Positions 25,779 to 33,647 of a stretch of DNA of 33,647 bases are shown in pieces (positions within the stretch are counted from its first letter, which is position 1; every line of letters starts with the position of its first letter). The notes beneath the pieces are model-generated. The model was not told the origin of the DNA and did not search any database. It saw nothing but the letters and a program-made list of their open reading frames with translations. The position numbers and the translations under genes were made by a program. The stretch spans positions 1-33,647 of the forward strand of contig JBJMHS010000001.1 in the NCBI GenBank assembly GCA_045807245.1, in the 5' to 3' direction. Origin of the DNA: Actinomycetales bacterium. Lineage in GTDB: Bacteria; Actinomycetota; Actinomycetes; Actinomycetales; CAVURS01.

Positions 25779-26550
25779 GGGTCACGAACGGGTTCGAGAG
25801 GACGCCGATGCCTTCGATCTCGACATCCACGCGCTGGCCCTGGGTCACCGGGCCGATGCCGGCTGGCGTACCGGTCAGCAGCAGGTCGCCGGGCAGGAGG
25901 GTCATCATCGCGGACACGTAAGCGACCAGCTTGGCGACCGGGTGGACCAGGAGGGAGGTGCGCGACTGCTGCACCGTCTGGCCGTCGAGTCGGGTCGCGA
26001 TGGCCAGATCGGTGACGTCGAGCTCGGTCTGGATCCACGGGCCGACCGGGCAGAACGTGTCGAAACCCTTGGCCCGGGTCCACTGGCCGTCCTTGCGCTG
26101 GAGGTCGCGTGCGGTCACGTCGTTCGCGCAGGTGTAGCCGTAGACCACGTCGGCCACCTTGTCCTCGGGCACGTCCTTGCACAGGCGGCCGATGACCACC
26201 GCCAGCTCGCCCTCGTAGTCCACCTGCTCCGACTGCGGCGGCAAGACGACGGGGTCACCCGGGCCGACGATCGCCGTGTTGGGCTTGAGGAACATCAACG
26301 GTTCCTCCGGCACGTCGCTCCCGGTCTCGGCCGCGTGGTCGGCGTAGTTGCGGCCGATGGCGACGATCTTGCTGCGCGGGATCACCGGTGCGAGCAGGCG
26401 CGCGTCCTCGAGGTCGATCCGCTCACCCGTGAAGACGATGTCCTGGTAGAGCGGGTCACCGTGGACTGCCGCCAGCACCTGCTGGCCCGGCTCACCTTCG
26501 ACGACCGCGAAGGCCGGGTCGCCACCGGTGGTGTATCGGGCGATGCGCAT
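25771..26550 (-). CDS. Fumarylacetoacetate hydrolase family protein
   Basis: GRNYADH, YEGELAVVIG, NDVTARDLQ, AKGFDTFCP, LTGTPAG. Confidence 0.93.
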   Translation of the reverse strand: MRIARYTTGGDPAFAVVEGEPGQQVLAAVHGDPLYQDIVFTGERIDLEDARLLAPVIPRSKIVAIGRNYADHAAETGSDVPEEPLMFLKPNTAIVGPGDPVVLPPQSEQVDYEGELAVVIGRLCKDVPEDKVADVVYGYTCANDVTARDLQRKDGQWTRAKGFDTFCPVGPWIQTELDVTDLAIATRLDGQTVQQSRTSLLVHPVAKLVAYVSAMMTLLPGDLLLTGTPAGIGPVTQGQRVDVEIEGIGVLSNPFVTRG

Positions 26551-26607
26551 GGCCTCATGCTTCCAGAGCGTGCTGGCCGGACGGCCTCCGGCCCGGCCCG
26601 ACCATCG

Positions 26608-27990
26608 CTAGTGCACGAGAAGCTCGACCAGGCCGGCGACCAGGCCGACGAGGGAACAGGCGCCGAGGGTGCGCAGGACGGACCACCTGGCCCGGAAGAG
26701 CAGGAGCGCGGCCAGGCCGGTGACCGCCAGCGACAGGGGTTTGAGGCTGCCGACATCGGGCACCTGCAGCCGGACGGGCCCCCAGGTCACGGTGCTCACT
26801 TCCCGGAACAGCGTGTGGATGGCGAAGAAGATGGCCAGGTTGGCGATCACGCCGACCACGGCCGCCGTGATGCCGGTCAACGCCGCGGACAGTGCGTGGT
26901 TTCCGCGGAGCCGCTCGACGTAAGGGGCGCCCACGAACACGAACACGAAACACGGCACGAACGTCACCCACGTGGTCAGCAGAGACGCGACCACAGCGGC
27001 CACCCAGGGGTTGAGGGACCCGGGGTGGTGATAGGCGCCGACGAAGGCGACGAACTGCACCACCATGATGAGAGGTCCGGGGGTCGTCTCGGCCAGCGCG
27101 AGCCCGGTGACCATCTCGCCGGGAGCGAGCCAGCCGTAGAAGCTCACGGCCTTCTGGGTGACATAGGCCAGCACCGCGTACGCACCGCCGAACGTGACCA
27201 GCGCCGCTCCGCTGAAGAACAGCGCCATGTCCGCGAAGATGCTGTCTCGACCGGCGAGCGCGACCACGGTGCCCACGGGAACGGCCCAGGCGACCACACC
27301 GACGGCGACCACTGTGACCACGTGGCTGAGGCTGGGCCGTTCGGTGCGGAGCTGGTCGTCCGAGATCAGCGGCATCGGGCCCTCGTTCGGCGCCGTCCGT
27401 GGTTTCGGGTCGCTCATCGTGCGCGGCCCCCAGCGACCGAGTGCCCATCCGACCACCGCCGCGGCGCCCACCACGAACGGGAACGGGACGGCGAACGCCC
27501 ACAACGCGACGAACGCCGCGACGGCCAGCCAGACCAGGGCGGGATGTCGCAGGGCCCGACCGCCGACCCGAACCACGGCCTGGGCGACGATCACCAGCAC
27601 GGCCGGTGCCACGGCGGCGAGCACCGCAGTGACCACCGTCGTGTCTCCGGCGCTCACGTACAGCGCGGACAGGCCCAACAGCGCGACCACCCCTGGCAGC
27701 ACGAACAGCACGCCGGCGACCAGGCCGCCGGTGACGCCGTTCAGCAGCCACCCGATGTAGATCGCCAGCTGCTGAGCCTCTGGCCCCGGCAGCAACGTGC
27801 AGAAGGACAGCGCGTGGAGGAACCGCTGCTGCCCGATCCAGCGCCGCCGGTCGACCAGCTCGCGCTGCATCACCGCGATCTGTCCCGCGGGACCGCCGAA
27901 GGTCTGCAGCGAGATGGCGAACCAGGCCCGCGTCGCCTCACGGAGCGGCAGAACCGGAGCAGAGCTCGGCGAGCTAGCGTCGCGGGACAT
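26608..27990 (-). CDS. chrA: Chromate efflux transporter (long-chain CHR)
   Basis: FGGPAGQIA, LLPGPEAQQLA, TFGGAYAVL, ETTPGPLIMV; many hydrophobic segments. Confidence 0.93.
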   Translation of the reverse strand: MSRDASSPSSAPVLPLREATRAWFAISLQTFGGPAGQIAVMQRELVDRRRWIGQQRFLHALSFCTLLPGPEAQQLAIYIGWLLNGVTGGLVAGVLFVLPGVVALLGLSALYVSAGDTTVVTAVLAAVAPAVLVIVAQAVVRVGGRALRHPALVWLAVAAFVALWAFAVPFPFVVGAAAVVGWALGRWGPRTMSDPKPRTAPNEGPMPLISDDQLRTERPSLSHVVTVVAVGVVAWAVPVGTVVALAGRDSIFADMALFFSGAALVTFGGAYAVLAYVTQKAVSFYGWLAPGEMVTGLALAETTPGPLIMVVQFVAFVGAYHHPGSLNPWVAAVVASLLTTWVTFVPCFVFVFVGAPYVERLRGNHALSAALTGITAAVVGVIANLAIFFAIHTLFREVSTVTWGPVRLQVPDVGSLKPLSLAVTGLAALLLFRARWSVLRTLGACSLVGLVAGLVELLVH

Positions 27991-29596
27991 GCTGGCGCAG
28001 CAGCCCGTACGTGATGCCGTCGACCAGGGCCTCCCAGCTCGCCTCGACGATGTTGGGGGCCACCCCCACGGTCTCCCACGACGACGCCCCGTCACTCGTC
28101 TCGATCAGGACGCGGGTCACGGCGTCGGTGCCGTGGGCCGCGTCGAGGATGCGCACCCGGAAGTCGATCAGCTCGAGCTTGGCCAGCTCGGGGTAGGCAT
28201 CGGAGAGAGCCTCGCGCAGCGCGTGGTCCAGCGCGTTCACCGGTCCGTTGCCTTCCCCCGTCGCGACGACCCGGCGCCCGCCGGCGACGACCTTGACCGT
28301 CGCCTCGGACATCGCCGCGCCGTCCGGCCTGGAGTCGGTGATGACCCGCCACGACTCGACGTCGAAGTAGTCCGGTCGCGCCCCGTCGACCTCCTCCCGC
28401 AGCAACAGCTCGAAGGAGGCGTCGGCCGCGTCGAAGGTGTAGCCGCGCAGCTCCAGCTCCTTGACCCGTTGGACCACCCGCTGCAGCAGCTCGTCGTCGC
28501 CGGCGAGGTCGAACCCGAGCTCGCGACCCTTGAGCTCGATCGACGCGCGGCCGGCCATGTCCGAGACCAGCAGCCGCATGTCGTTTCCGACGCCGATCGG
28601 GTCAGTGTGCTGGTACAGGTCGGGGTCGATGCGGATCGCGCTCGCGTGCAGCCCGGCCTTGTGGGCGAAGGCGGACGCACCGACGTACGGCTGGCGCGAG
28701 TACGGCGGCACATTGGTGATCTCGCTGACCGCGTGGGCGATCCGGGTCGCCTCCCGCAGCCGGTCCGGCGCGATGACCGCACGTCCGTGCTTGAGCTGGA
28801 GGTTCGCGACGACCGACACCAGATCGGCGTTGCCGGTGCGCTCGCCGTATCCGTTCAAGGTCCCTTGCACGTGCGCGACGCCCGCGTCGACCGCGGCGAG
28901 TGAGTTGGCCACCGCACAGCCGGTGTCGTTGTGGCAGTGGATCCCTAGCCGTACGCCGCTGCCCGCCACGGTCGCGCCGGCCACGGCGGCCACGACGTCG
29001 GCGACCTGGCCCGGCAGCATGCCACCGTTCGTGTCGCACAGCGCGAGCACCTCCGCGCCGGCCTCGGCCGCTGCCCGCAGGACCTCGATCGCGTACGACG
29101 GCGAGTCCCGGTAGCTGTCGAAGAAGTGCTCCGCGTCCAGGAAGACGCGACGGCCCTCGCCGGCGAGGAACGCGACGGTGTCCCGCACCATCGCGAGGTT
29201 CTCCTCGGCAGTCGTCCGCAGAGCCAGCTCGACATGGCGCAGGTGCGACTTGGCGACCAGTGTGACGACGTCCGTCTGCGCGTCCAGCAGCGCCCGCACC
29301 AGCGGGTCGTCGGCCGCCTTGCGGTTCGGCCGCCGGGTCGCGCCGAACGCGGCGAGGGTCGCGTTGGCGAGCGCGAGCTCCGTGGTGGCCCGGGCGAAGA
29401 ACTCGGTGTCCTTGGGGTTGGCACCCGGCCAGCCGCCCTCGATGTACCCGACGCCGAGCTCGTCCAGGTGCCGGGCGATGGCGAGCTTGTCGGCCACGGA
29501 CAGCGACAGGCCCTCCTGTTGCGCGCCGTCGCGAAGAGTCGTGTCGTAGACGTCGAAGGCGGTGGCGGCCGCGGCCGCCTCTGGTCCCACGGTCAT
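27974..29596 (-). CDS. cimA: Citramalate synthase
   Basis: DTTLRDGAQQEG, IEGGWPGANPKD, DAEHFFD, HCHND, GERTGNA, GNGPVNALD. Confidence 0.92.
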   Translation of the reverse strand: MTVGPEAAAAATAFDVYDTTLRDGAQQEGLSLSVADKLAIARHLDELGVGYIEGGWPGANPKDTEFFARATTELALANATLAAFGATRRPNRKAADDPLVRALLDAQTDVVTLVAKSHLRHVELALRTTAEENLAMVRDTVAFLAGEGRRVFLDAEHFFDSYRDSPSYAIEVLRAAAEAGAEVLALCDTNGGMLPGQVADVVAAVAGATVAGSGVRLGIHCHNDTGCAVANSLAAVDAGVAHVQGTLNGYGERTGNADLVSVVANLQLKHGRAVIAPDRLREATRIAHAVSEITNVPPYSRQPYVGASAFAHKAGLHASAIRIDPDLYQHTDPIGVGNDMRLLVSDMAGRASIELKGRELGFDLAGDDELLQRVVQRVKELELRGYTFDAADASFELLLREEVDGARPDYFDVESWRVITDSRPDGAAMSEATVKVVAGGRRVVATGEGNGPVNALDHALREALSDAYPELAKLELIDFRVRILDAAHGTDAVTRVLIETSDGASSWETVGVAPNIVEASWEALVDGITYGLLRQHVPRR

Positions 29597-29613
29597 CGAT
29601 GTTCCCTCACACG

Positions 29614-29641
29614 AAAAAGACCCCCCGAGTCTCGGGAGGTC
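29614..29641 (-). terminator. Attenuator terminator upstream of cimA
   Basis: GACCTCCCGA-GAC-TCGGGGGGTC followed by TTTTT, 17 nt before the cimA ATG. Confidence 0.8.
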
Positions 29642-29674
29642 AGCGCGGCGCGCACCGGGTGGCGGGCGACGCGC

Positions 29675-29701
29675 TCAGGTAATGATGCAGGTGGCGCTCA
29701 T
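29675..29701 (-). CDS. Putative cimA leader peptide MSATCIIT
   Basis: ATG AGC GCC ACC TGC ATC ATT ACC TGA, followed by a GC hairpin and a terminator. Confidence 0.7.
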   Translation of the reverse strand: MSATCIIT

Positions 29702-29764
29702 GGTGGCTTCATGGTGCCAGATCGGCCGCTTCATGGACAGGTTGCCCGCATGCTGGGCACGGGT

Positions 29765-30481
29765 TCAGCGTCGCTCGCGCGCGGCCTCGACCAGAGCCTC
29801 GAACAGGCGCGGGTCCTCCGACTGCTCCGGGTGCCACTGCACGCCGAGCCGGAACGGCGCATCGGGGTCCTCGAACGCCTCGAGCAACCCGTCGTGGCTG
29901 TAGGCCGTCGGGTTGAGCCCGGGATGCGTGCCCACGCCTTGGTGGTGGTAGTGCGCGACCTCGACCCGGTCGCCGAGGACCGAGGCCAGCCGGGTGCCCG
30001 GTTCGATCCGCACCTCGTGCCGCCCGTACACCCCGGGCGCCGGCAGATGGGTCTCGTTGCCGAGGATGTCCGGCAGGTGCTGCACGAGGTCGCCGCCGGC
30101 GGCGACGGCCATGACCTGCATCCCACGGCAGATGCCGAGCACCGGCAGTCCGGTCTCACCGCTGGCGCGGGCCAGGTCCAGCTCGCTGTCGTCGCGCTGC
30201 GGCCTCGGTGCCTGGACGCTGGGATGCGGCTCGGCGTCGTACCGGCCGGGGTCGACGTCACTCCCTCCCGCGAGCAGCAGACCGTCGACCCGGCTCAGCA
30301 CAGTCGCGACGTCCTCCCGCGTCGCACCGGTCGGCAGCGGCGGGATGAGCACCGGCAGCCCACCTGCTGCCGCGACATGGCGCACGTAGGCGTGCGGGAC
30401 GAGCGCGGTCGGCACGTCCCGCCACACGCCCCACGAGGCGGGCTCGATGTACGTCGTGATGCCGATGACCGGACGGGCCAC
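29765..30481 (-). CDS. Gamma-glutamyl-amide hydrolase (PuuD-like, peptidase C26)
   Basis: RPVIGIT, GGSDVDP, LGICRGMQ, HHQG, GVQWHPE. Confidence 0.92.
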   Translation of the reverse strand: MARPVIGITTYIEPASWGVWRDVPTALVPHAYVRHVAAAGGLPVLIPPLPTGATREDVATVLSRVDGLLLAGGSDVDPGRYDAEPHPSVQAPRPQRDDSELDLARASGETGLPVLGICRGMQVMAVAAGGDLVQHLPDILGNETHLPAPGVYGRHEVRIEPGTRLASVLGDRVEVAHYHHQGVGTHPGLNPTAYSHDGLLEAFEDPDAPFRLGVQWHPEQSEDPRLFEALVEAARERR

Positions 30482-30491
30482 AGTGCTCCTC

Positions 30492-31259
30492 CTAGAGCGG
30501 TGTGACGTAGGCGCCGCTGATGCCGCCGTCGACGAGGAACGTCGATGCCGTGACGAAGCTCGACTCGTCCGACGCGAGGAACAACACGGCGTTCGCGATC
30601 TCCTCGGGCTCGCCGAACCGGCCGACCGGGATGTGCACGAGCCGGCGCTGCGCGCGCTCGGGATCCTTGGCGAACAGCTCCTTGAGGAGCGGCGTGTTGA
30701 CCGGTCCCGGGCACAGCGCGTTGACCCGGATGCCGTCGCGGGCGAACTGCACGCCCAGCTCGCGCGACATGGCCAGGACGCCGCCCTTGCTGGCCGTGTA
30801 CGAGATCTGCGACGTCGCAGCGCCCATCACCGCGACGAACGACGCCGTGTTGATGATCGACCCGCCGCCTTGCTCGAGCATGTAGGGGATCGCGGCCTTG
30901 CAGCACAGGTAGACGCTGGTCAGGTTGACGGTCTGGACGCGCTGCCAGGCTTCCAGCCCCGTGTCCAGGATCGAGTCGTCGTCGGGCGGCGAGATGCCGG
31001 CGTTGTTGAACGCCACGTCCACCCGTCCGTAGGAGCTCTTCGCGGCCGCGAACAGACCGTCGACCTGGTCCTTGTCGATGACGTTGCACTCGACGAACAG
31101 GCCGCCGAGCTCGTCGGCGATGGCCGGGCCAGCAGCGGTGTCGAGGTCGCCGATCACGACGGTCGCGCCCTCCTGCGCGAACCGCCGCGCGGTCGCCAGG
31201 CCGATGCCACTGCACCCGCCGGTGATCACGGCGACCTTGCCGTCCAGCCGTCCCGCCAT
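30492..31259 (-). CDS. Short-chain dehydrogenase/reductase
   Basis: TGGCSGIG, NNAG, YTASK; GAGGAG RBS before ATG 31259. Confidence 0.93.
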   Translation of the reverse strand: MAGRLDGKVAVITGGCSGIGLATARRFAQEGATVVIGDLDTAAGPAIADELGGLFVECNVIDKDQVDGLFAAAKSSYGRVDVAFNNAGISPPDDDSILDTGLEAWQRVQTVNLTSVYLCCKAAIPYMLEQGGGSIINTASFVAVMGAATSQISYTASKGGVLAMSRELGVQFARDGIRVNALCPGPVNTPLLKELFAKDPERAQRRLVHIPVGRFGEPEEIANAVLFLASDESSFVTASTFLVDGGISGAYVTPL

Positions 31260-31275
31260 GCTGATCTCCTCGCTG

Positions 31276-32649
31276 TCAGTCAGTGCTGATGAAGACGTTC
31301 TTGACGTCGGTGAACGCGTCCAGCGCATCCGGGCCGAGCTCGCGGCCGAGCCCGGACTGCTTGAACCCGCCGAAGGGCGTCGAGTACCGCACCGAGGAGT
31401 TCGAGTTCACCGACAAGGCGCCGGTCTCGACCCCGCGGGCGACCCGCAGCGCCCGGCCGACGTCTCGGGTCCAGATCGACCCGGACAGCCCGTACTCGGT
31501 GTCGTTCGCCTTGGCGATCGCGTCCGCCTCGTCGTCGAACGGCAGCACCGACACGACGGGGCCGAAGACCTCCTCGCGCCACGCCCGGTCCGCCGTGCCG
31601 CGGGCCAGAACGACCGTGGGCGGGTACCAGTAGCCCGGGCCGTCCGGGGCCGTGCCGCGGAACGCCACGTCCACCGGCTCGGCCGCCCCCTCGACGTACG
31701 ACGACACCGTCTCGCGCTGACCGGCACTGATGAGTGGGCCCATCTCGGCCGCCTCGTCCGACGGAGTCGTTACCTTCACGGCCTTGACGGCGGGTTCGAA
31801 CAGCTCGAGGAACCGGTGGAAGACGTTCCGCTGCACCAGGATCCGGCTCCGCGCGCAGCAGTCCTGCCCCGCGTTGTCGAAGACCGCGTACGGCGCGGTC
31901 GCGGCCGCCTGCTCCAGGTCCGCGTCGTCGAAGACGATGTTGGCGCTCTTGCCGCCGAGCTCCAGCGTCACCCGCATGACCTGGTCGGCCGCACCTCGCA
32001 TGATGTGCTGCCCGACCGCGGTGGAGCCGGTGAAGCAGACCTTGCGCACGGCGGGGTGAGTGACGAACCGCTCCCCGACGATCGAGCCCTTGCCCGGGAT
32101 GACCGTGAACACCCCCGGCGGCAGGCCCGCCTCCAAGGCGAGCTCCCCCAACCGGATCGCAGTCAGCGGCGTGAGCTCCGCCGGCTTCAGGACCACCGTG
32201 TTGCCGGCCGCCAGCGCAGGGGCGAAACCCCAGCCGGCGATCGGCATCGGGAAGTTCCAGGGCACGATGACACCGACGACGCCGAGCGGCTCCTTGAACG
32301 TGACGTCGAGGCCGCCGGCGACGGGGATCTGCCGGCCGAACAGCCGCTCCGGCGCGGCCGAGTAGTAGGCCAGGACGTCGCGGACGTTGCCGGCCTCCCA
32401 GCGCGCGTTGCCGACCGTGTGCCCCGCGTTGCGGACCTCCAGCTGGGCCAGCTCCTCGTTGTGCTCACCGACCAGGTCGGAGAACCGCCGGAGGAGCCGG
32501 CCGCGGTCGGCCGGGGAGACGCGGCGCCAGCTCTCGAACGCCTGGGCCGACGCCTCGATCGCGGCGTCGGTCTCGGCGAGACCGGCCAGCTCGAGCTCGG
32601 TCACGACTTGCTCGGTCGACGGGTCGATCACCTCATGCGTGGTGGTCAC
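31276..32649 (-). CDS. Aldehyde dehydrogenase
   Basis: [41 protein letters not shown]. Confidence 0.95.
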   Translation of the reverse strand: MTTTHEVIDPSTEQVVTELELAGLAETDAAIEASAQAFESWRRVSPADRGRLLRRFSDLVGEHNEELAQLEVRNAGHTVGNARWEAGNVRDVLAYYSAAPERLFGRQIPVAGGLDVTFKEPLGVVGVIVPWNFPMPIAGWGFAPALAAGNTVVLKPAELTPLTAIRLGELALEAGLPPGVFTVIPGKGSIVGERFVTHPAVRKVCFTGSTAVGQHIMRGAADQVMRVTLELGGKSANIVFDDADLEQAAATAPYAVFDNAGQDCCARSRILVQRNVFHRFLELFEPAVKAVKVTTPSDEAAEMGPLISAGQRETVSSYVEGAAEPVDVAFRGTAPDGPGYWYPPTVVLARGTADRAWREEVFGPVVSVLPFDDEADAIAKANDTEYGLSGSIWTRDVGRALRVARGVETGALSVNSNSSVRYSTPFGGFKQSGLGRELGPDALDAFTDVKNVFISTD

Positions 32650-33647
32650 AGCCGTTCGAACCCCCGGAACCGCTCCCAGTCGGTCACGGCCGCCTCGAAC
32701 GCCGCCAGCTCGACATCGGCGGCGTTGACGTAGTGGTCGACGACGTCGTCGCCGAACGCCGCCCGCGCGATGCTGGACCCGGCGAACAGGTCGCGGGCCG
32801 CCCGCAACGTCGCGGGCACGTGCGGCTTGTCCGATGCGTACGCGTTGCCGGTGAACGCCGGTTCCAACGGCAGCTCGTTCTCGATCCCGTACAGCCCACC
32901 CGCGAGCATGCCCGATAGTGCGAGGTACGGGTTGACGTCGCCGCCCGGCACCCGGTTCTCCACGCGGAGCCCGGCGCCGTGCCCGACGACGCGGAGCGCG
33001 CAGGTGCGGTTGTCGCGACCCCAGGCCACGGCCGTCGGCGCGAAAGACCCGGGCTGGAAGCGCTTGTAGGAGTTGACGTTCGGCGCGTAGAGCAAGGTCA
33101 GCTCGGGCAGCGTGGCCTGAACCCCGGCCACGAAATGGTCGAACAGGGCGCTCTGCCCGCCCTCACCGGCGTCGTCGGCGAACACGGTCGAGCCGTCGAC
33201 CCCCCGCAGGCTCATGTGGATGTGACAGGAGTTGCCCTCCCGCTCGTTGAACTTGGCCATGAAGGTCAGAGCCTTGCCGTGGAGGGCAGCGATCTCCTTG
33301 GCGCCGTTCTTGTACAAGGAGTGGTTGTCGGCCGTGGCGACCACGTCGGCATACTTGAACGCGATCTCGTGCTGGCCGAGGTTGCACTCGCCCTTGGCGC
33401 TCTCCACGACGAGTCCGGCGGCGTACATGCCGTTGCGGATGTCCCGGAGCAGCGGCTCGATGCGCGTCGTACCCAGGATGGAGTAGTCGACGTTGTACTG
33501 GTTGCTCGGGGTGAGGTTCGTGTAGCCGCGGTTCCAGGCCTGTTCGTAGGTGTCGTCGAAGACGATGAACTCCAGCTCGGTGCCGGCCAAGGCCTGCCAG
33601 CCGTGTGCGGCCGCCCGCTCGGCCTGGCGGGCGAGCACCTGACGAGG
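32646..33647 (-). CDS. glnA4: Glutamine synthetase-like gamma-glutamyl-amine synthetase, GlnA4 type (5' end outside the window)
   Basis: [50 protein letters not shown] and C26 hydrolase neighbours. Confidence 0.85.
   Translation of the reverse strand, partial: PRQVLARQAERAAAHGWQALAGTELEFIVFDDTYEQAWNRGYTNLTPSNQYNVDYSILGTTRIEPLLRDIRNGMYAAGLVVESAKGECNLGQHEIAFKYADVVATADNHSLYKNGAKEIAALHGKALTFMAKFNEREGNSCHIHMSLRGVDGSTVFADDAGEGGQSALFDHFVAGVQATLPELTLLYAPNVNSYKRFQPGSFAPTAVAWGRDNRTCALRVVGHGAGLRVENRVPGGDVNPYLALSGMLAGGLYGIENELPLEPAFTGNAYASDKPHVPATLRAARDLFAGSSIARAAFGDDVVDHYVNAADVELAAFEAAVTDWERFRGFERL

Overview
High-GC actinobacterial core-genome segment; the murA and operator types tentatively suggest a Micrococcales/Kineosporiales-like host (inference). 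It is almost entirely housekeeping and mostly on the minus strand. Gene order: smc (partial, missing from the ORF track), a small coiled-coil protein, mutM, rnc, rpmF, yceD, sepIVA-like, coaD, rsmD, recG, DAK2, rpmB(+), thiL, Lrp/AsnC-domain protein(+), DUF3515 lipoprotein(+), ddl, gpsA, plsC-like, cofC(+), cold-shock-like protein(+), murA, HU with an H1-like tail, leuD, leuC, ndgR(+), tRNA-Glu, tRNA-Gln, a frameshifted HAD hydrolase, gltX, FAH-family hydrolase, chrA, cimA with an Ile-type attenuator, and a glnA4-type gamma-glutamylation cluster (partial). I see no mobile element, CRISPR array or defence island, and I cannot support a large novel multi-gene system. The best leads are an apparently chimeric GluRS, the MSATCIIT leader peptide and terminator before cimA, a three-hairpin hup 5'UTR, and the uncharacterised coiled-coil gene directly upstream of smc. 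All family assignments come from motif recognition by eye, not database searches.
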